A stretch of DNA of 64,000 nt. Origin: Octopus sinensis (Eukaryota). The stretch spans positions 60,574,001-60,638,000 of the forward strand of contig NC_043010.1 of assembly GCF_006345805.1 (NCBI RefSeq). The letters are read 5' to 3'. Both the position numbers and the translations under genes were made by a program. The notes below the pieces were generated by a model. It was not told the origin of the DNA. It was given only the letters and a program-made list of their open reading frames with translations, and ran no database searches. This document shows, one piece after another, positions 1-9,566 of this stretch (within the stretch, counting starts at the first letter, position 1; each line of letters starts with the position of its first letter).

Positions 1-77
1 AGAAATTCATTTTTGATTAAATGTTCTCAAGTACAGTGCATTTGTTCTTGTGTTCAAACTAGCCGTATGTATATACA

Positions 78-690
78 GGCATGGCTGTGTGGTAAGAAGC
101 TTGCTTTCCAACCACATGATTCTGGGTTCAGTTCCTCTGTATGGCACCTTATGCAAGTGTCTTCTACTATGGCCTTAGGACATAGTATATATATATTGAG
201 ACCCCCTTCGGTCATGAATGACCGTGGGATTGCACCTAGAAAGTTACCCTCCCAGGCACAAGTCCGGGCAAAGTTTTTCATGGAAGACCAGCAGTCGCCC
301 ATGCATACTGGCCTCCCCTCTCCACACCACCAGTGTTATCCAAGGGAAAGGCAAAGGCCGATACAGCTTGGCACCAGTGATGTCACAACTCATTTCTACA
401 GTTGAGTGAACTGGAGCAACGTGAAATAAAGTGTCTTTCTCAAGAACACAACACGCAGCCCGGTCCGGGCTTCAAACTCACAACTTCACGATCGTAAGCT
501 CAACGCTCTAACCACTGAGCCATGCGCCTTCTGTATATATATATATATATACATACATATATATGTGTGTGTGTGTGTGTTCCCCTGCCATCATTTGACA
601 ACCGATGTTGATGTGTTTACATCCCTGTAACTTGGCAGTTCATCAAAAGAGAATGATAGAATAAATACTGGGCTTACAAAGAATCAGTTC
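78..690 (+). mobile_element. tRNA-derived SINE, split by a nested antisense SINE
   Basis: Head GGCATGGCTGTGTGGTAAGAAGCTTGC...GGTTCAGTTCC at 78-178. The 3' body (TTTGACAACCGATGTTGATGTGTTTACATCCCTGTAACTT...GGCTTACAAAGAAT) resumes at ~590-690 after a (TA)/(GT) tract. Resembles a common octopus SINE as I recall it; not database-checked. Confidence 0.6.
197..531 (-). mobile_element. tRNA-derived SINE
   Basis: Minus strand starts GAAGGCGCATGGCTCAGTGGTTAGAGCG (A box), then GTTTGAAGCCC (B-box-like), then GTGTTCTTGAGAAAGACACTTTATTTCAC. Flanked by (TA)n on both sides. Confidence 0.7.
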
Positions 691-1011
691 TGAAACAAAT
701 AAGAGAATATATCTGCATACATAGAAATACACGAGAGAGAACAAATGAAAGAATGAGCACTCAACACATTTAGTTACATGTCGATGTGGTGTGTGTGTGT
801 GTGTGTGGCTTGTCCATAAGTTACTTGGTGGCATAGCTGGAGCAAGTGCAACATGAAAGGCAACCGGTACTCAATGTATAGTGTTTGGAAACAAGAAGGG
901 TATCCAGCCATGGAAACAATGCTAAGCAATTTGAGTTTAATTCCAAGATATTTAGTATCTCACTTTGGTATTCATCTTTTCTATATTAGTTTACAATACA
1001 TCAGTATACCT

Positions 1012-1204
1012 GAAGGTGGCAAGCTAGCAGATTCATTAGTAACCTGGACAGAATACTGTCAATACATTCTGTGTTGAAATACTGCCAAGGTCAGCTCTGC
1101 CATACATCCTTTCAGTAAAATATGCACCAGTTGAAAACTGGGACCAATGTAATAAACTTAACCCCACCCAGGAAATTGCTGGCCTTCTGCCAAAATTTGG
1201 AACC
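1012..1204 (+). mobile_element. Degenerate SINE, same family as 6823-7008
   Basis: AAGGTGGCAAGCTAGCAGA...CCAAGGTCAGCTCTGCC...CATCCTTTC...ACCAGTTG resembles the copy at 6823. Confidence 0.45.
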
Positions 1205-1548
1205 GTTATTTCAGTTTATATATATTTTTTAAGAAATATGTGAATCTGTTCAGGAGTTATCGTCATTAAACCTGAAATTTTTAATTGCTAACTCTGAAAA
1301 TAGACTGAATTTTCACGGAAAAGCACAATGAAAAACAACGTAAACATGACGTTTACTATTTCAGATTAAGATGGAACGTTTATTCGAGGGAGATAACTCT
1401 CGTTATGTATGGTCTTAAGGATTGTCAGATCTCAGAAGACTATACAAATTGCAGCTAATGGAATAGAAGTTTCACAATGATTATTATAAATAGAATGAAG
1501 TTGGTTAAATTATACATAAACTTTAAATGTGTTTCTGGTGTTTTGTAG

Positions 1549-1590
1549 AAATTTCTCCTGCTGAAATGTGATGAAGAATTCCAGACATGA
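1549..1590 (+). promoter_or_regulatory. Conserved splice acceptor plus 38-nt leader preceding the Pcdh ATG (present in all nine copies)
   Basis: Pyrimidine tract + TAG, then exactly 38 nt to the ATG in every copy (exon starts 1549, 9529, 15772, 22574, 31832, 40873, 48801, 54713, 63623). Similarity between copies drops just upstream of the AG. Confidence 0.8.
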
Positions 1591-4500
1591 CAGCATATAT
1601 TGGTCTACTGTGTCTTCTACATTTACTGATCACCCTTGTACTGTCCATAGATATTACATACCATGTCAAGGAAGAAGACAGACCTCACACCTATATTGGA
1701 GACATTGCTGTTGACTCCAACTTATCACACCCTCTCACACATCAACAACACACTCTCATTACATTTACACAACTACAAAGGACAGTCGAGAGTGGTTCTC
1801 ACTTATTTAATGTCACCAACTCAGGAAAACTATACACTACTCAAACACTGGACGCTGAGTCTCTGTGTACCTACAACAAGGAATGTTCCAGAATAGTTAA
1901 AGTAGCTGTGAGAAAAGGACAAACCTTTATGAAAATCCTTAAAATAAAAATATTGATACAGGACATCAATGACCATTCTCCAGAATTTCCACAGAATGAA
2001 GTTGAAATTGCATTTTCTGAGAGAGACAGTAAAGGAACTAGAATATCTCTTCTAAACGCAATTGATAAAGATATTTCAATAAGAAATTCCCAACTTAAAT
2101 ATATGATTGAAAAAAGCAAGAGTGAACCATTTTCTCTCTCTGTCACAAAACAGGATGGTATTTTCATACCTGAACTCATACTAGAAGAAACATTAGATAG
2201 GGAACTTCAAGACTCATATATTTTAGCAGTTCAAGCTAAAGATGGAGGAAACCCTCCCAAAACAACTACACTCAAGGTACACATATCTGTAACAGATGTC
2301 AATGATAACACACCTGTATTTTCCCAGAAAGTCTACAATATCTCTATAAATAATTCACATCAAAGACATTTACCAATTCTTACTTTAAAAGCCACAGATA
2401 AAGATTCTGGACTCAATGGAAAGATTTCTTATCATTTCAACCATAAAACATCTCAAAATATACAGAAATATTTTGTATTAAATAAGAAAACTGGAGATTT
2501 ATTTTTAGATGATAAATTTCAATTTACTAAAAAGCAATCTTATAAATTGTTTATTGAAGCAAGGGATGGAGGACAGTCACCCAAAAAATCTGTTACCAGA
2601 GTTCAGCTTCATGTAATTAATAATGAGAATAATGCTCCATTGATAAATATAGATTTTGTATCTCCTTTATCAGAGAGTTCAGCAGCTGTTTCGGAAGCAA
2701 GTAAAATTGGTAGTTTTATAGCTTATGTTATGGTCACTGACACTGATAGTGGACCTAATGGTGAGGTTATCTGTGATTTAAAACATGATAAATTTAAACT
2801 TGCCAAAATTGATTCTAAAGAATATAAAATGATTGTTAAGGGCCATCTTGACAGAGAAATAAGGGACCACTATAAAGTATCTATTGTGTGTCATGACATG
2901 GGGTCACCTCAACTAGAAAGTAAAAAATATTTCTCTGTCAAAGTAACTGATGTCAATGATGTAGAACCACATTTTACCAAAGAGACATTCCAATTCCTCA
3001 CTTATGAGAACCAGAAAGTTGACTTCCCTATTGGCTTCATCAATGCTACAGACCCTGATCTTGGAGATGGAGGCCAACTTACATATTCTATCATCAATGA
3101 TAACAACAATGATAACATTCCTTTCCAACTGACAAAATATGGATTCATTTCTACATCACAACCAATAGATCGAGAAATGAAAGACATCTATAAGTTCCAG
3201 GTTTTAGTGAAAGATAATGGAACACCTTCTCTCAATGACACTGCCAATATTGTTATTGAGATTCTAGATAAAAATGATAATGCTCCGTATTTTACGTTTC
3301 CTAATAATGACCCTACAATCTCGATGTCCACTACCATCCACACAGTAAGAAGGACATCACAATTCTGAGAGCATCTGACAAAGACACTGGAAACAATGCT
3401 TTCCTCACATATGGAATACTGAGATCCAATGATAAAAACCTGTTTACAGTGAACTCACACACTGGTGTGTTATCTTTCTCTCGCACAGTTTACCAAAATG
3501 ATGCAGGAACATATGAGCTGCAGTTTATAGTGAAAGACGGTGGTACTCCAGTTCAATCAGCAACAACTGCTATCATACTAACACTGTTTGTTAGTAATGA
3601 TACAACTCCAATGTTGACTGCTGTGCCATTCCAGTCTGGTCACGACCTGAATATGACTTGGGTAATTATCATTGTAGCAGCAGCTGTAATACTATCTGTG
3701 GCTATTGTAGTGTCCATAACACTGTGTGTTTTCAGATGTATTAATCACACAAATAACTCACCCACAACAGCAGAGAATCCCAACTTTCTCTCTCAGACTG
3801 AGATGAGACAATTACTGTATCAGACTAACAATCCTGTTGCAATAACGAGAAATGCAGAAGAGATATTTAACCGAAATCTTCAGACAATAAAATCTAAAAG
3901 TCAGTTTTTTCTGGAGATGGAACAGACACCAGATGAGTGGAAATTCTCAACAACACAAAGGAGACTTCCACCTGTGCCTCAGGTAAATATTATTTTAATT
4001 GATTTTTCGGAAATGATATATCACAGTTGTGGTTATAACAGTTATGTTCTAGTTTGTATATTTTTTCCTTTTCTTTCTAGAAATGTAAAAGCTTTCCTAT
4101 CAGTTTACACCTTTCAGAATTAGTAGAATTATTTCATTTAACAACTAAACTTGTTTCTCTAATTCTTTTATACAAATAAATTATTGAATATTAATAATTC
4201 TGATGGTCTGATTGTATTACCCTTCCTTGTGTCTTACCTGGGGCATTCTAGAATATAAATGCAAAAGTTTCTTCTTTTTAGCCTAATGATTCACCCTGCT
4301 TTGTTTTCTAATCCACAGAGATGTGATTCAATCCATAGTCAAGGACGTCGCACCAGTTCCATCATGTCTTACAACAGTGACACCTTAACATCCCAAAAGG
4401 ACAGAGAAGCTAGCAAGAGTAATGGCAAGACTAAACCATATGATGAGATACCTGCAGAACCAGGTAACTTTTATCAAAACATAACATATAAATGTAATTG

Positions 4501-4707
4501 CCTTTATTACTGTAGGACAATATATAATGTTATGCTTAGTGTAATATAAGATCAATGTTTCTATCTTTATATATTGGAGTTGTTATATTGAAATGTAATT
4601 TGTGTGTGTGTATTTGATATTTTACAGAATATACCAATGACAATCCAGTGGCAGCCACAATACTAAAGGGACAACAAATACAAGATACGTATCTACAGCC
4701 AACATAG
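1587..4707 (+). CDS. Pcdh: Protocadherin copy A (6 EC + TM + tail); one 1-nt frameshift near 3314
   Basis: join(1587..3982,4319..4463,4628..4707). Signal peptide, EC1 C-x5-C motif ([12 protein letters not shown]), DxNDxxP linkers, DRE and DxD motifs, [33 protein letters not shown] vs CCCTTAC in intact copies splits the ORF (1587..3368 and 3449..4123). Confidence 0.88.
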
Positions 4708-5502
4708 TAGATGTTCCATGACTATTGTTAAATGATTCTCTCACACACCAAATCTTATACAATACTTTATATTCATATAAAAATATCAACTCTATGTTTC
4801 TTTCACACATTACACGCATAGAAGGCCTTACAGTGGTATCTATTATCATCCCTTTTTTACATCTCTGATACACTAAATATTACAAAACACCCAACTCTAC
4901 ATTACCATAGTTAATTATTATTAAACATTTATTTTACTGTCAGTTTTAGTATAGACATTTCACTAAAACTTAGATAAATTAACCTGATTCATCCTAGAAT
5001 GTTTAGTTTTTGTAGCTTTTAGTTTGATATCAATTCTATGTTTAATTAATATCATCTATTTTGTTTTATTGAGTGTTTTTAAAATTTTACTAATTAACAG
5101 TAGCTACAATTTAAGGGCGGCATACTGTTATCTATATTGAAAACATTAAAAGTTTTGTTAAATATTGAAATTTAAAGGGATTCATATTTTAGGAAGTATA
5201 AAGTAGAAAATGTCAGAAAAATAAGATTGTTCTTTTTTTTTACTTGGGAATACTTTTGTTTCTCCTAATTTACTTCGTTTACAGTTCCTCTAATCATGAA
5301 AACTTCTTAAATAATGAAATTTTTGTTGACTTACTCTAAAATTAATTTGTTTCTGATAGAAATCCTGATTATGTATTCTTATAGTGAAGTTAATATCAAG
5401 AAATATTATTATAAATCTTATATTTTAATACAAATCTCTTATTTCCTAACATTAGATATATAAATTTAGTGTTTTTATTAAATAGAAAAAATGAAGTTGC
5501 TT

Positions 5503-6190
5503 CTGTTTAACATGACTTCTCTTATTCAATGTGTTTGTGTGACACAGACCACATTGCAGTAATTTCCTATTGGATGAGAGAAATTTTCTCTATTTCTTTC
5601 AATATTGAAAGTGAGGCTGATAGCTTTTTTCTTTGTTCATCATACACACAATTGTGTGTGTGTGTGTGTGTGGAGGACATAGGGTTGTAACTAGCACACA
5701 CCAGCATCTGGCTAACATCTCACCTCCCACTACATACAGCAACTGTCACACTATTATATCAGCAGTTACACAGGAACAGCAGCAGCAGCTGCAGTAACAC
5801 AGGAACACTACTACAACAGCAGCAGTACCACTATAATACCACTACAGCAGTAGCAGCAGCAGTTAGAGTGGAACACTACAGCAGGATACACATCATCCAT
5901 CACACACAACTACAGTGAAGGATTAAACAATGCAGGTAAGTCTCTCTCTCTCTCCCTTTCTTCTCTTTATTATCTTTTCATATTCATTATAACATTTATA
6001 TTATTTGTGTTTCTTAATGAAAGACAGGGTAAGGATAATATCTAAAATGTCTGCCATGTTGTATATATACAGGGACTGGGACAGTGGAGGATCGAGAGAT
6101 CTAGCCATCACTTCCACCATTAACAACAACATCTGTAATAGACATTGTAATATAATTACTTCAAACTGCATTACGTCTTTTAACGTCAGA
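5503..6190 (+). promoter_or_regulatory. Conserved non-coding block 1 (candidate promoter + leader exon for copy B)
   Basis: ATTGG at 5569, palindrome CTTTCAATATTGAAAG 5596-5611, (GT)n, CAG-rich segment, donor CAG|GTAAGT at 5935/5936, second donor-like AGG|GTAAGG at 6028/6029. The block is near-identical in 8 units. Confidence 0.55.
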
Positions 6191-6440
6191 ATCAATCCTT
6201 ATTAATGAGATATTAAACTATATATATTGCTCTGATATTTCTTATGTATAATGGTTTAATATATTCCAAACTAGGTGTATATATATTTATTTCACTGTCG
6301 GAAAACATTGACTGATAACCAATAAGACTGGCTGTTAGTAATGCATGTCAGTGTATTGTATATCTGTTTTTGTCATAATAATTTACTAATTAAATCTTAA
6401 TCTTTCTCTACCTTCAGTGAACTCTAGCACATTGCTAATC

Positions 6441-6442
<2 letters not shown>

Positions 6443-6513
<71 letters not shown>

Positions 6514-6574
6514 TATTTGAAATATCTATCATATATTTCTTTGTATTTTCTAATAAAACTAAAAATGTTTTTAA

Positions 6575-6617
<43 letters not shown>
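6443..6617. repeat. (TA)n and (ATT)n microsatellites
   Basis: (TA)n ~6443-6512 and (ATT)n ~6575-6617, read directly. Confidence 0.95.
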
Positions 6618-6822
6618 TTTATTAAGAAACTGGTGATAATTATTATTTAGTGTAGGTTTGCTGTTTAAGATATTTTGTGCAAGATATAAGCCAATGATAT
6701 TATCACATGTTGTTAAAATATATCAAGTCTGAAAACAAGAGATGAATGTTGAAAATTGATCAGAAATAATCTCATCTTCTTTCTACAAATTAACATACAC
6801 CACATTATTATAGTTTTTCTTT

Positions 6823-7008
6823 AAAGTGGTGAGCTGGCAGAACCGTTAGCATACCAGGGAAAATGCTTAGCGGTATTTCATCTGCCGCTACATTCTGAGT
6901 TCAATTTCTGCCAAGGTCGACTTTGCCTTTCATCTTTCTGGGGTTGCAGAAATATGTACCAGCTACACACTGGGGTTGATATAATCAACTAGCCCTCTTC
7001 CCCCAAAA
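6823..7008 (+). mobile_element. SINE
   Basis: AAAGTGGTGAGCTGGCAGAACCGTTAGC...TTCTGAGTTCAATTTCTGCCAAGGTCGACTTTGCCTTTCATC...CTGGGGTTGATATAATCAACT. Related copies at 1012, 30540, 54207, 63140. Confidence 0.65.
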
Positions 7009-7018
7009 ATGTATATAA

Positions 7019-7069
<51 letters not shown>

Positions 7070-7098
7070 AATGTGTATATATATATATATGTATATAA

Positions 7099-7164
<66 letters not shown>

Positions 7165-7190
7165 GTAGGTTGCTATATGTATATATATAT
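7009..7190. repeat. Compound (TA)n/(TG)n microsatellite
   Basis: Read directly; includes recurring TGTATATAAATGTG units. Confidence 0.9.
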
Positions 7191-7397
7191 GTAGGTTGCT
7201 CCTTAAAATATCTTTAAAATCAAAATGGTTACAGCTGTTTGTGGCTTCTTTGTACATTTATGTTGCAATTAATGAAAATTAGTGATACTGGTTACAGTTT
7301 TCCAATGGATGAAACATTAGTTTACTGCATTTTTGATGATGAGTGAAAAGATAGTGTCAGTAACTTGGTATTGAGCAAATTTTCTTGGACAGGTTCT

Positions 7398-7541
7398 GGT
7401 GTTAGGAAGGGCATCCAGCTGTAGAAACACTGCCAGATCAGACTGGGCCTGGCGCAGCCTTCTGGCTTCCCAGACCCCCGTTGAACCGTCCAACCCATGC
7501 CAGCATGGAAAACGGACGTTAAACGATGATGATGATGATGA
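7398..7541 (+). mobile_element. 3' end of RTE-type LINE/SINE with (GAT)n tail
   Basis: GGTGTTAGGAAGGGCATCCAGCTGTAGAAAC...CCATGCCAGCATGGAAAACGGACGTTAAACGATGATGATG. The same 3' end recurs at ~31540-31655 and, inverted, at ~61925-62080. Confidence 0.65.
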
Positions 7542-7884
7542 TATATATAATCTCATCTGAGACATTGTATTAGTTGATGGACAAAATTCTTGTGAGGATG
7601 TGAGCATTAGAAATACAGAATGTGAGAGCTACCTATATATACACATATGTATGTACATATGCATGTATACATATGTATAATACATACATATGTACAAACA
7701 TAAATATATATATGCACACATACATTTATATGCATACATGTGTGTATACACTATGTACACATGGTTGTACATATGTACTCAATTGTTTATGTATATGTAC
7801 CTGTAACTGTACCTATGTAAATATATAGATATATATCATTTGCTGGTATGTTGAAACTACCTATATATACATATATACTATAAT

Positions 7885-8520
7885 CATCATTATCATCATC
7901 ATATGATTATTTCCCATGTTATCATGAGATTGATGGTGATAAACCAGTTGACTGCACCAAACTCCAGTGTCTGCTTTAGTATTGTTTCTAAGTCTGGATT
8001 CCATTTCTAAAGCCAACTGCTTTACTGAGTGTACTGGGTGCTATTTATTTGGCACCAGCACTAGTGAGGTCACCAGATGACCAAGTGACTTGCAAGACAA
8101 AAACAATTGAAGGGTGAGTAATATTGAGGGGAGTGGCTTTATGCCAGGTAATGAGAGGCTGAAGTATGATAGAGGGACTGGAACAGGTGTGTTGCTGTAA
8201 AAAGTTATATGGTAGAAAGAAGATGGTTGGGAAGATGTGTTAGAGCATACCTTGGGTAGGTAAGTCTGTGGTAATGTGAGAGGTGAGTGGCAGATGGATA
8301 GAGATAGAGTTTAAGGGAAATGCAGTGAGTGGTGAACACTGTGGAATCCTTGTCAATTATAAATATCAGATAGAGGGGAAGGTGGTGAAAGTAGGTGTGG
8401 GTGCTAGCAAAGAGGATGTGGAGTGAGGGGTGGAGTGGGTGGAAGAACGATGCACAGGGGCAGAGACAAAGTCAGGCATACATAAGGGTGGGGTAAATGG
8501 TGACAGATGATCTTGGCTTA
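7885..8520 (-). mobile_element. Decayed RTE-related interspersed repeat
   Basis: (ATC)n at the left end and similarity (inverted) to 30870-31655, e.g. CAAGTGACTTGCAAGACAAAA. Confidence 0.5.
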
Positions 8521-9566
8521 TGGGAAGAGGATTACCATTCACAAAATGAGGTGTGTAGAGATAAAGTTGGGAGAATTACTCAAGGGAGATAACTCTCGTT
8601 ACGTATTTCTAGATGGCCCTTTGCTGTCCAAAATGATTGCTAATTGTAGTATTTTATATATAAAAAGGTGAAAGAAAAACAAACAGTGCTTCAGTTCTGT
8701 GTTTGTGCATATGCATACATTTATATGTATGAATAGGACAGTGTGCAGCGAATGCGGTTTTCTATACTTTGTCACAATCTGCTTCCTTCCTTTTTAAGTG
8801 TTTCTGTTTATATGTGTGTGTGTATAAATGCACATGTCTATAATTCTATTTTCTATGTATCTTTCTAAGTAAACATACACAAACAGATATATATCAGTCA
8901 AATACATAAGAATATTTTACACAAACACAAACACAAACTTTCACATTCCTCTCTTTTACATGCAGATACATATACACACACAGTGTTGAAGCGCTGCTTG
9001 ATTTTTGTTTCACTGTTGACCTTTCACCATTCCACTTCCATCGGTGGATCACCCTTTCCTTTCTCATTCCTATGTTGTGACAGATAAATATACAAGAGTA
9101 TTATTATAGTAGAAGATACACAATGCTCTCTTTGCCTCTTCCTTTTTCTCTCTCATTGCTATTACTTTCTCTCACTCTCCCTCAGTCATGGCTATTACTT
9201 TCACTACTTCTCCTTCACTGAATTACTATTTTGGCTCCTCTCTCTTCACCATTCATGCGTACTGCATGATTTTGGACAAATATATATATATATATATATG
9301 TATACAAATATATATATATATATATATGTGTATACAAATATATACAAACAATATGCTCATTATTATATTTGGAGATTATCTTGTAGATTATCAGACATGA
9401 GAAGACTATTCAATTGGGACTAATGAAACATTTTTACAAATAAACATAGAAGTGTCACAGTCGTTTTTATAAATATAATTTGGTTTACATTCTACATAAG
9501 CTTTAAATATCTTTGCTGTCTTTTGTAGAAATTTCTCCTGCTAAAGTGTGATGAAGAATTCCAGAC

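Noticed and set aside
1663-1896. Recurrent + strand ORF MSRKKTDLTPILETLLL... (also 9643, 15928, 22730, 48957, 54869, 63779)
   Set aside because: Alternate-frame shadow of the homogenised EC1; its recurrence follows from DNA identity.
2913-3187. Recurrent minus-strand ORFs [13 protein letters not shown]... and MSFISRSI...
   Set aside because: Antisense shadows of EC4-EC5 with no independent coding signal.
4259-4282. Intron 1 of A begins an ORF MQKFLL, like the predicted uORF MQKFLLL
   Set aside because: Different codons, present in one copy only, AT-rich; treated as coincidence.
4622-4873. Recurrent minus ORF ...[27 protein letters not shown]
   Set aside because: Antisense of exon 3 and the 3'UTR; start and length vary between copies.
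5701-5714. CCAGCATCTGGCTA as a CTCF site analogous to the vertebrate Pcdh CSE
   Set aside because: Mismatches two core positions of CCASYAGRKGGC; only the E-box is supportable.
5750-5935. CAG-rich segment as a poly-Q coding exon of the upstream Pcdh
   Set aside because: In-frame stops in blocks 1 and 2, no strong acceptor, and exon 3 already ends in TAG TAG without a good donor. Not fully excluded without cDNA.
6417-7828. IY/YI/II-rich ORFs (also 38754-39250, 54472-54878, 63411-63743)
   Set aside because: Translations of microsatellites.
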